A DNA stretch of 63,262 nt from assembly GCA_035292605.1 (NCBI GenBank), contig DATDPT010000004.1, forward strand, positions 1-63,262, given 5' to 3'. Positions within the stretch are counted from its first letter, which is position 1. Each line of letters opens with the position of its first letter. The notes under the pieces are model-generated. The model did no database searches and had not been told where the DNA came from. It saw only the letters and a program-made list of their open reading frames with translations. The position numbers and the translations under genes were made by a program. Source of the stretch: Acidimicrobiia bacterium. GTDB taxonomy: Bacteria; Actinomycetota; Acidimicrobiia; Spongiisociales; ZC4RG35. This document shows positions 54,001 through 60,981 of this stretch, in pieces.

Positions 54001-54657
54001 TTGGGCGATCAGGTCCTCATCGATCATCGCCTTGAGGACGTCATCTCCAATCGCTGTGATCTTCGCAACCTCATGTGAGGTCCGGAATCCATCAAAGAAA
54101 TGGAGGAAAGGAATGCGCGATCGCAGGGTGGCGGCGTGCGCCACCAGGGCCAGATCCTGAGCCTCCTGCACCGAGGCGGAGGCCAGCATGGCGAAACCCG
54201 TCTGTCGGGCAGCCATCACGTCGGAGTGGTCACCGAAGATCGACAGGGCATGTGCGGCCAGAGTCCTGGCCGCGATGTGAAACACGGTCGAGGTCAGCTC
54301 GCCGGCGATCTTGTACATGTTCGGCAACATGAGAAGCAGGCCTTGCGAGGAGGTGAAGGTGGTAGTGAGCGCTCCTACCTGAAGCGATCCGTGCACTGCA
54401 CCGGCCGCTCCGGCTTCGCTCTGCATCTCCACAACGTCGGGGACGACTCCCCAGAGATTGGTGCGGCCTAGGTGCGACCACGCGTCGGAGTGCTCACCCA
54501 TCGGTGAAGCGGGAGTGATCGGGTAGATGGCGATTACCTCGCTCAGGGCGTGAGCCACCCGGGCCGCGGCCTCGTTGCCGTCGACCGTGGCGAAGAGATT
54601 CGTCATGGTGTTCAACCTATGGGGTGCGCGGCCTTCCACGCGAGGGCCGAACGTCAC
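51031..54657 (-). CDS. nifJ: Pyruvate:ferredoxin (flavodoxin) oxidoreductase, single-polypeptide type
   Basis: TVDGNEAAARVAHALSEVIAIYPITPASPM is the PFOR N-terminus. The two ferredoxin-like Cys clusters are CIDCARCALVCPHAAI and CTGCGVCVDVCP. The TPP motif is GGDGWAYDIGFGGLDHV. The GTG at 54657 has GGAGG 5 nt upstream; an alternative ATG lies at 54606. Confidence 0.9.
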   Translation of the reverse strand: MTFGPRVEGRAPHRLNTMTNLFATVDGNEAAARVAHALSEVIAIYPITPASPMGEHSDAWSHLGRTNLWGVVPDVVEMQSEAGAAGAVHGSLQVGALTTTFTSSQGLLLMLPNMYKIAGELTSTVFHIAARTLAAHALSIFGDHSDVMAARQTGFAMLASASVQEAQDLALVAHAATLRSRIPFLHFFDGFRTSHEVAKITAIGDDVLKAMIDEDLIAQHRLRALSPHRPVLRGSAQDPDVFFQAREAINPYYSAVPSIVQGEMDQYARLTGRSYHLFDYVGHPEAERVVVLMGSGVGAASEAVERLVAKGERVGMVIVRLYRPFDSDAFRAILPATTRAVAVLDRTKEPGAVGEPLYLDVVAALFEGDRPSPLVIGGRYGLASKEFTPAMASAVLAELDRESPKRHFTVGITDDVTHASLGYSSDGWDEPEGMIRAVFFGLGSDGTVGANRASVKIIGDRTDLHAQGYFVFDSKKSGSRTISHLRFGPQPITSTYLIGPGQATFVACHQFHLLNDVDVLELASPGATFLLNSPYDSTEAWEHLPTWIQRGIVDKDLDFWVVDATRIAAEAGLGGRINTVLQTCFFALSKIMPRDEALAAITEEVQRAYGKRGDVVVRRNLEAINSTLDGLQQVTIPAATVVGVSGPGDFLESRLALAPDFVQRVTGMMLAGKGNLLPVSAMPVDGTFPTGTAQWEKRSIGTEIPFWDPSICIDCARCALVCPHAAIRFKVFDPEALQGAPDGFVSKEASGTEFLGKFLTVQVAPDDCTGCGVCVDVCPARSKEEIRHKAIDMVAKDEHLERERANFDFFLTIPDPPRHEVRLDTVKGSQMIEPLFEFSGACAGCGETPYLKLLSQQFGDRVIVANATGCSSIYGGNLPTTPWTVDETGRGPAWANSLFEDNAEFGLGMRLGLEAMEADARLLVTALLPELGQVGVEILEADQTEELGIADQRRRVESLRKQLAGIEGLLARRLEGVADALVRTSVWIVGGDGWAYDIGFGGLDHVLASGRDINILVLDTEVYSNTGGQASKATPRAAVAKFASGGKSTAKKDLGQIAMAYGNVYVAQVAMGANMTQTVKAFAEAEAHRGVSLILAYSPCIAHGIEMSTQMSHQKEAAASGYWPLFRYDPAFEAQGQPGLRLDSRKPTIRFKDFAEKEGRFAMLARANPERSSELMASAQKDIDDRWNLYEQLVEVHRTAEYTELEDR

Positions 54658-54717
54658 GACAACCTCCGCCGAAGCGCCCTAGTCATGACGATCGATCTCA
54701 ACTCCTTGGCGGGGCCG

Positions 54718-55695
54718 CTACCCGATGATTGCGGTGGCGATGGCGAAGTAGACGAGGATCGAGACCAGATCCTGGATTACGGTGGCCAGTGGTCCGCTGC
54801 CGTAGGCGGGATCCTTCCCCAGACGGTTCAAGAGGTAAGGAAGGGCCATCGCCACCACCGTGGCGGTGCTGCAGGCAGCCAGCAGCGCCAGTGCCGCGGT
54901 GACTGCGACCTCGAAGTCGCCCCACCTCCACAATGCCAGAGGATAGAAGGCAGCGGCCACAGTCACCCCGACCAAGACACCGGTGACCAGCTCGCGCTTG
55001 ACCACCTGGCGGACCTTCACTCCTACCGAGAGGCCGCGGATGATCAAAGTCTCGGTCTGGGTCCCTACCGCATCGGCCATGTAGACGATGCCTGGGATGA
55101 AGAACGCCAGCAAGACATTGGCCTCCAGCTCCTGCTCGTAGGCGCCTATCAGACCGGCGGAGATCAGCGCTCCAGCCAGCCCGACCAGCAGCCACGGCAA
55201 ACGATGCCAGTAGCGGCGGGTGACCGGCTCCTGGCTTGCCTGTCGCGCCGCCTCGGCGTCATGGACGAAGCCCCCGAGTCGGGCCATGTCTTCGTCGTGC
55301 TCCCAGAGCAGCACCTGCAACATCCGCGACGGCGGGATGAAGCCAAGGAACACACGGCCTTCATCGACGACCGCGAGAGTGGCCTCGCCATCCTGGACCG
55401 CTTGCCACGCCGCCCGCTCCTGGTGCACTCCCGGACCAACCACCGGTGGGTTGGGATCCATGGCGTCGGCGGCTGATGCCTCCTCGGAGGCTGCCAGCAG
55501 GTCCTCGATCCTGAGCAATCCGACCAGCCGGCCTTGGTCGCACACCGCCACCGCCGCCGCGGTCTCGAACCGGCGGCCTTCCAGGCCGCGCCGGATGGAG
55601 CCGACGGTGTCCGTTGGTGCGGCCACCGGCACCGCTCGAGCCACATGCTCACCGGCCGTTTCGAAAATCACCTGGTCTTCTGTTGACGTCACCAT
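54718..55695 (-). CDS. mgtE: MgtE-type Mg2+ transporter (CBS pair + MgtE TM domain, no N-domain)
   Basis: A CBS-like region (VAVCDQGRLVGLLRIEDLL ... LAVVDEGRVFLGFI) is followed by RRYWHRLPWLLVGL...FIPGIVYMADAVGTQTETLIIRGL...GSGPLATVIQDLVSILVYF. AGGAGG precedes the ATG. Confidence 0.75.
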   Translation of the reverse strand: MVTSTEDQVIFETAGEHVARAVPVAAPTDTVGSIRRGLEGRRFETAAAVAVCDQGRLVGLLRIEDLLAASEEASAADAMDPNPPVVGPGVHQERAAWQAVQDGEATLAVVDEGRVFLGFIPPSRMLQVLLWEHDEDMARLGGFVHDAEAARQASQEPVTRRYWHRLPWLLVGLAGALISAGLIGAYEQELEANVLLAFFIPGIVYMADAVGTQTETLIIRGLSVGVKVRQVVKRELVTGVLVGVTVAAAFYPLALWRWGDFEVAVTAALALLAACSTATVVAMALPYLLNRLGKDPAYGSGPLATVIQDLVSILVYFAIATAIIG

Positions 55696-55721
55696 CAGCT
55701 ACCTCCTGCAATCGGCCGTCA

Positions 55722-55745
55722 GAGCTTCGCGCACTCTCGAAGCTC
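55722..55745. terminator. 8-bp stem hairpin between the sigma-factor stop and the mgtE start (weak terminator or attenuator candidate)
   Basis: gagcttcg-cgcactct-cgaagctc, read directly. There is no U-tract. Confidence 0.25.
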
Positions 55746-55792
55746 GCGCCGAGTTGGCGGGATCACCGACTCGGATGGGCTCTGCCCAAGGA

Positions 55793-56851
55793 CTACGCCT
55801 CGGATGCGATGGCCATGGGGAAACCGCACCGCACTGCGATGTCTGGATCCCGAAACGAGGTAATGGCGGTGATTGTGTCGGAATCGCGGTCGACGTCGAG
55901 TACTTGGAGACCGCTGGCGATCATGGTGTTCTCGGGCCCCGGTTCATAGATGGCGAGAGCGGGTTGGCCGTTGGCGCCCCCCAACCGCACTGTCACGCCG
56001 TGAGGTCGAGCCGGTCCGAAGATGGCGGTTTCGACGAAGGAAGCCACGTTCGCCGACCCCTGGTACCAGGTGGCCAGTGGCGGCATCGACAAGCGCACGT
56101 CGGCGCTGACCGTGGCCAAGAACTCGGAGATGTCGGCGCGTTGCCATGCCTCGACGTATCTGCCAAGCAGTGCCTTGATCGCTGGGTCATTGGGGTCGGC
56201 CGGTACCGGGGTGGGAGAGGCGCTCATCGTTTCCCGGGCCCGGTAGAGGAGGCTGTTGACCGCCGATGGGGAGCTGTCGAGGACCTCTGCCACTTCATCA
56301 TGCGAGAAGTCGAGAACGTCGTGAAGCAGCAAAGCCGCCCGTTGCCGGGCCGACAAACGCTGGAGAGCGGCGACGAAGGCGAGGCTGATTCGCTCGCGTT
56401 GCTCTGCGGAGTGTGCCGGGTCTTGGCTGAGCCCGATGCTGTGATCGGCGATGGGCTCGATCCATTCGATCGACGTGTCGGCGGTCTCGAGGAATGATCC
56501 GGGAGCCGACGCCGGCCCGTGGCTCACCGGATGGCTTCTCCCTCGACGGCCCCGAAGACGGTCGATGCAGAGGTTGGTGGCGATGCGATACATCCATCCC
56601 TGGAACGAGCCCCGGGCCTCGAAGGTGTCAAGACGCTGCCACGCTCGAAGCAGTGTGTCCTGCAGCGCTTCTTCGGCATCAGGCCCGGATCCCAACATGC
56701 GATAACAATGGCGAAGCAGCCCCACCCGATGTCCGTCCACCAGTGACGCAAATGCGACAGTGTCGCCGGACCGCGCCCGGGCCAGGGCCTGACCATCGTC
56801 AAGGGCTTGGTTCGTCACGTTGTTGGCTCCGCGATCGCTTGGACCAGCCAT
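55793..56851 (-). CDS. ECF sigma-70 factor with C-terminal SnoaL/NTF2-like domain (TIGR02960-like)
   Basis: Region 2 is FASLVDGHRVGLLRHCYRMLGS...DTLLRAW...GWMYRIATNLCIDRLR. Region 4 is LSARQRAALLLHDVLDFSHDEVAEVL...AVNSLLYRARE. The tail RYVEAWQRADISEFLATVSADVRL is SnoaL-like. I prefer the internal start MAGPSD at 56851 because the track start 57010 overlaps the divergent gene. Confidence 0.8.
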   Translation of the reverse strand: MAGPSDRGANNVTNQALDDGQALARARSGDTVAFASLVDGHRVGLLRHCYRMLGSGPDAEEALQDTLLRAWQRLDTFEARGSFQGWMYRIATNLCIDRLRGRRGRSHPVSHGPASAPGSFLETADTSIEWIEPIADHSIGLSQDPAHSAEQRERISLAFVAALQRLSARQRAALLLHDVLDFSHDEVAEVLDSSPSAVNSLLYRARETMSASPTPVPADPNDPAIKALLGRYVEAWQRADISEFLATVSADVRLSMPPLATWYQGSANVASFVETAIFGPARPHGVTVRLGGANGQPALAIYEPGPENTMIASGLQVLDVDRDSDTITAITSFRDPDIAVRCGFPMAIASEA

Positions 56852-56989
56852 ACACAGTATGACGAGAGCTGGCTGGCACATCTTGCGGTCCCGAAGACAC
56901 TGTTCGCGCCGCGAGCTAAGAGCGCATGGTCTCGTCTTGAAGGGTGAGGCACCGCCACCGGCGGTGTTCGAACACTTCCAAAAGGAGAG

Positions 56990-57670
56990 ATGATGTCTGC
57001 GCTCAGCCAACCATCGGTCTTGCTGTCAGTGAGGGGTAAGACGGTCCCTACCGTCCGTGATGCCGCACGGAACCTGCACAACCAAACCGCCGGATCTCCC
57101 CAAGGCATCGCCGGCGCACGGGCGCTCGGTGACCTCAGCCACAGCGTGTTCACACCACTGCCTGGCGTCCCCGGGGCCGATGAGAACGAACTTCTCTTCC
57201 TCGATGTCTGGAAGGACGTCGCGGGGATCGGCACGTTCTTCTCGGACGAGGTGGTGCAGCAGGGAGCGGCCCTGCTGTTCTCCGAGCGCGAGGCCGTGAT
57301 CTGGATGCCTGCCGAAGGTGCTTTCGGGTTCGAACTACCGGCACCGATGCATCTCACCGGGCGATACCTGGGTATCGCCCGCGGCCTGATCGATGACCCC
57401 GAACACGCCATCGACGTCTTCCGGAAGACGCACGAATCGAGCATCTCGGACGCTCGCCGTCTCGGACAGCTCTCCCACCAGCTGTTCATCCGTGTGCCCA
57501 TGCCAGGACAGCCGACCGAGCTCGAAGCGATCGGTCTCGACCTGTGGGCAGACTCCGGAGGGATGGGCGAGTACTACTCAGCGCTCTCGGGCTTCGAAGC
57601 GGCCTTCAGCGGAGAGACCCAGACCTCGGTCTGGGAACAGGCAACAGGGGGGATCTGGACCGAGTGGTAG
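56990..57670 (+). CDS. Hypothetical protein made of two homologous halves of about 110 aa each
   Basis: Half 1 is ARALGDLSHSVF...LLFLDVWKDVAGIGTFFSDE...VIW. Half 2 is ARRLGQLSHQLF...AIGLDLWADSGGMGEYYSAL...SVW. GGAGAG precedes the ATG. Confidence 0.5.
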   Translation: MMSALSQPSVLLSVRGKTVPTVRDAARNLHNQTAGSPQGIAGARALGDLSHSVFTPLPGVPGADENELLFLDVWKDVAGIGTFFSDEVVQQGAALLFSEREAVIWMPAEGAFGFELPAPMHLTGRYLGIARGLIDDPEHAIDVFRKTHESSISDARRLGQLSHQLFIRVPMPGQPTELEAIGLDLWADSGGMGEYYSALSGFEAAFSGETQTSVWEQATGGIWTEW

Positions 57671-57746
57671 GAAGGGATCGACCTCCCCGATCTTGCGGCA
57701 CCGGCAGTAGGCTCCACTGACCTGGGGGACGAGCAGCCAGGAAGGG

Positions 57747-58106
57747 TTGAAGGCGATGCCTGACGAGATCGAAGTGGGACCCGCGTCCGAGCTGACTCCT
57801 GGAACCGTGACAGGAGCAGGCAGGTATGCCGTCGGCAACGCCGATGGTGAGCTGTTCGCGGTTACCCGACATTGTCGCCATCTCTACGCCGACCTTGCCA
57901 ACGGCAGCATCGACGCCGACGGGTGCCTGGTGTGCCCGTGGCACGGGTCGAAGTACGACGTCCGGACGGGGAGAATGGTGCGCGGGCCTCAGGGTGTCTT
58001 TGCCAAGATCCCAGGGCTCGGCACCGTCTTCAAGGCAATCACCTTGGTGCTGCCGCTGGGGCGGGGCCGGGTCGTTGAGCGCGACGACACGATCTACGTC
58101 GACTAA
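57747..58106 (+). CDS. Rieske [2Fe-2S] domain protein
   Basis: CRHLYADL...CLVCPWHGSKYDVRTG is the CxH...CxxH Rieske motif. The start is the TTG at 57747 or the ATG at 57756. Confidence 0.8.
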   Translation: MKAMPDEIEVGPASELTPGTVTGAGRYAVGNADGELFAVTRHCRHLYADLANGSIDADGCLVCPWHGSKYDVRTGRMVRGPQGVFAKIPGLGTVFKAITLVLPLGRGRVVERDDTIYVD

Positions 58107-58116
58107 GCCCCCAGGC

Positions 58117-59361
58117 TCACCCGGCCGCGGCTGTCACCGTCGACGTGGTGAGCCAGGCCATCACCTGGTCCAGCACCTCGTCGTCATGAAGCAAGTCGAA
58201 GTGCCGTCGGCCGCCGAGCACCCGGATCTCCGTTGCCTCGATGTGACGAAACCTTCCCCTGCCGGTTCCGCTCGCCGCACGGACCATCAGATCTCCGAAG
58301 AGGGCGCCCACCGGATGGGCCGGGTCTGAGGTGATCACTGCGGCCACGAAATGGTGGTCGGCCCCTTCCAACAGGGGCACCTTGCCCACAGTGTTGTGTA
58401 ACAGGGCGTCAGGATCGGCGCCCAGCCAATCCTCCTCCACGATGGCACCGAAGCGGAGGTCCTTGATCCCGACGCTGCGGGCATCCAGGAAATCAGCGAG
58501 CGGACGGCTTTCAGGTATGACCCGGAGACCCCACGAGACGACGTTCGCTGTCTTCTCGAGCGGGGCGCCGAGGTGAGGGGTACCCACTGTGACGACCTTG
58601 TCCACGGTATCGACCCAGTCGTGTTGGGCGGCCTGGCCCAGATGGCAGGCACTACGGATCACGAGCCCACCCATTGAATGACCCACGAGCGCCATCGATT
58701 CGATTGGCGTGGGCCAGGATCGCCACATCTCTTCGAGCAGGCGGGCCAACTCGACTCCGTTCTCCGAGATATGCCTCCCGGAGTTGTAACGGACCATGAC
58801 CGGGGTGATGGATGGGTCGGCTGCGAGCCGTTCCCAGAGGCCAACGGGCCCACCGCTGCCCTTCTCCCGCCAACAACTCTCCGTTCTTCCCAGCCCATGG
58901 ACCAGCACGACCACCCGAGGTGTGGCCGATCCAAAGCTCGTCGCCAGATCGGTGGCAGTCAGCTGCACGATGCTCCCATCGGAGTTCCGAAGCCTCATCT
59001 CGATTCGCAGATCGTTGCTGCGGTCCTCTAGCTCATCGCCCCAGGCGGCGTTGATGGCCGCCTGAACCCGACTGCCCAGGGGCGACCGTGAGAACAGATC
59101 GCGACTCCCTCGGACAATCCCTCCCAGTCCGACCGTGGTTCCCAGTGCAGAGCCGGTCAAACGGATCGCGTCGTAGAAACCGGCGATGGTGGTGTCGAAC
59201 AGGCGACGAGCTGGTGCCCCGGCCGATCCAGTCCACTGCAACGTCCGATCGGCAAGGGCGCGATGCGCACCCTCGATCGGCGCCGAGACCCGCTCGACGG
59301 TCAGGGTCAGGAGATCACCAAACCCTCGCACCTCATTGCCGTCGTGGGTTGAAGCGTTCAT
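58117..59361 (-). CDS. Alpha/beta-hydrolase (lipase/esterase, PGAP1/DUF676-like)
   Basis: VVLVHGLGRTE..., the nucleophile elbow LVGHSMGG and a late His region GADHHF. I prefer the ATG at 59361 (MNASTHDG) because the track start 59400 lies 11 bp from the divergent gene. Confidence 0.7.
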   Translation of the reverse strand: MNASTHDGNEVRGFGDLLTLTVERVSAPIEGAHRALADRTLQWTGSAGAPARRLFDTTIAGFYDAIRLTGSALGTTVGLGGIVRGSRDLFSRSPLGSRVQAAINAAWGDELEDRSNDLRIEMRLRNSDGSIVQLTATDLATSFGSATPRVVVLVHGLGRTESCWREKGSGGPVGLWERLAADPSITPVMVRYNSGRHISENGVELARLLEEMWRSWPTPIESMALVGHSMGGLVIRSACHLGQAAQHDWVDTVDKVVTVGTPHLGAPLEKTANVVSWGLRVIPESRPLADFLDARSVGIKDLRFGAIVEEDWLGADPDALLHNTVGKVPLLEGADHHFVAAVITSDPAHPVGALFGDLMVRAASGTGRGRFRHIEATEIRVLGGRRHFDLLHDDEVLDQVMAWLTTSTVTAAAG

Positions 59362-59411
59362 GTTTCGAGACCAGGGTCCTCTAAATCCACACCTATCCAT
59401 AACCTGACGGC

Positions 59412-60317
59412 ATGGAGATCACCAACTCCGACCGCATGGTCTTTCCCGAAGACGGGATCACCAAAGGCGACGTCGTGGCCTATTACGAGCTGGTTGGTGA
59501 CCGGATGCTCCCTTTCATCGAGGGTCGCGCCCTCACCGTGGAGAGGTTTCCGCAGGGGATCGCCGCTAAGGGCTTCATGCAGAAGAACGCCCCGGATCAT
59601 TATCCGGAGGACCTCATCAGCCGCCACGAGGTGCCCAAGGAGGATGGAGGAACCACCGTGTATCCGGTGGTCGATTCGGTCGAGGGCATCACTTACTTCG
59701 CCAACTTCGGGGTGATCACGTTCCATGCTCCCCCGGTCAGGATCGCCGATGAGCTCCATGCCGACTGGGCGATCTGGGACCTCGACCCCCCGCCGGGTCG
59801 GGTCGACCTGGTCCGCGAGGCGGCGGCCGCGCTGCGATCGATTCTCGACGATCACGCCATCCCCACCCTGCCCCTTGCCTCGGGCTCAAAGGGCTATCAC
59901 CTGCGGGCCCGGTTGCAGGGAGACCTCACTGTCGACGGCGTCGCCCGGATCGCCAGGGGCACCGCCGCCCTGGCCGCTGCGGCTCATGAAGACCTGATGA
60001 CGTTGGCTTTCCGCAAGGCCGACCGTGGTGACCGAGTGTTCGTCGACTGGCTGAGGAACACGCCTCGCTCCACTTCAGTGGCTCCCTGGTCGCTGCGTCC
60101 CAGCTCTGGCGCCCCGGTGGCTGCCCCGCTCACTTGGGAGGAGCTCGGGTCGGTAGAGCCCGACGGCGTGCGGCTTCAGACGATCGAAACTCGGTTCGGC
60201 CTCGACCCCTGGGTCAACCTGAAGCCGATCGACCTGAGCCCGGCGGTGGAGACCGTGGAGCGATCTCTCGAGCAGGCCGGCATCGAACTGGAGCCATTCG
60301 ACCGCTTCCGCTCCTGA
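59412..60317 (+). CDS. Stand-alone LigD-type NHEJ polymerase/primase domain (PolDom)
   Basis: ITNSDRMVFPEDGITKGDVVAYYELV...FIEGRALTVERFPQG...FMQKN...WDLDP...SGSKGYHL...DRVFVDWLRN are archaeo-eukaryotic primase (AEP) motifs of LigD PolDom. Confidence 0.9.
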   Translation: MEITNSDRMVFPEDGITKGDVVAYYELVGDRMLPFIEGRALTVERFPQGIAAKGFMQKNAPDHYPEDLISRHEVPKEDGGTTVYPVVDSVEGITYFANFGVITFHAPPVRIADELHADWAIWDLDPPPGRVDLVREAAAALRSILDDHAIPTLPLASGSKGYHLRARLQGDLTVDGVARIARGTAALAAAAHEDLMTLAFRKADRGDRVFVDWLRNTPRSTSVAPWSLRPSSGAPVAAPLTWEELGSVEPDGVRLQTIETRFGLDPWVNLKPIDLSPAVETVERSLEQAGIELEPFDRFRS

Positions 60318-60370
60318 CCTTCGTACTTGGCGATATGCGCGCACTGGTACTACACGGGCCATCCGGGTCG

Positions 60371-60754
60371 TCAATGTCTTGCTTGTTTCCTCCGCTCGAG
60401 CAGGTTCCGCCTGTGCAGATACAGAATCAGAGTGATCAGCGGAGCATGGAGAAGAGGGAGGTTCCGGGCAAGCCACCCGGGAAGATAAATGTCGGTGACG
60501 CCTCCGCTCTCGGCGCCGAGAGACTCGGCGAGATCGGTGAGCGGGCAGCGCGCCCCGTTGACCAGGAAGACGGCGGTTTCACCGGCGACCATCAACCCGG
60601 CAAAAGCCACACCCTTGTCGGAGCGTCGGGTCACTCCGGCGTAGACCAGGTAGACCACTCCTGCCTCGACACCGAGCCAAATGAGGGTGTGCGCGGCTTT
60701 GACTGCTGTCAGCATCCACTTTCTGCCCGGCCTGGTGCCAAGGGGCTGGCGCAT
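60371..60754 (-). CDS. Small hypothetical membrane protein
   Basis: Hydrophobic helices (MLTAVKAAHTLIWLGVEAGVVYLVYAGV, VAFAGLMVAGETAVFLV, LLHAPLITLILYL). I prefer the internal start MRQPLG at 60754. No recognisable family. Confidence 0.4.
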   Translation of the reverse strand: MRQPLGTRPGRKWMLTAVKAAHTLIWLGVEAGVVYLVYAGVTRRSDKGVAFAGLMVAGETAVFLVNGARCPLTDLAESLGAESGGVTDIYLPGWLARNLPLLHAPLITLILYLHRRNLLERRKQARH

Positions 60755-60912
60755 GTGTCCCTCAGGGTACGGCGCCGTCACGGTGAAACCCTGATCATGG
60801 ACCGGTGGCGTCCCGTCCCCGGAGGGACATCGTTCACGTTCGGCGACACGGGAAGGTAGCGTCGACAGGCCTGCGACCAACGAGCCACACCAACCGCTCA
60901 GAGGAGGTCACC

Positions 60913-60981
60913 ATGGCTCGGCCGGGACAGGTGCGCACCCTGGCTCAGAATCTATCGACATCACAACTCGGGTCACGATGA
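60913..60981 (+). CDS. Candidate 22-codon leader mini-ORF (MARPGQVRTLAQNLSTSQLGSR) coupled to the P-type ATPase gene
   Basis: GAGGAGG lies 5 nt upstream of the ATG at 60913. Its TGA overlaps the ATPase ATG (cgATGAcc). The ATPase ATG has no SD and no in-frame upstream start codon. There is no homology evidence. Confidence 0.3.
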   Translation: MARPGQVRTLAQNLSTSQLGSR

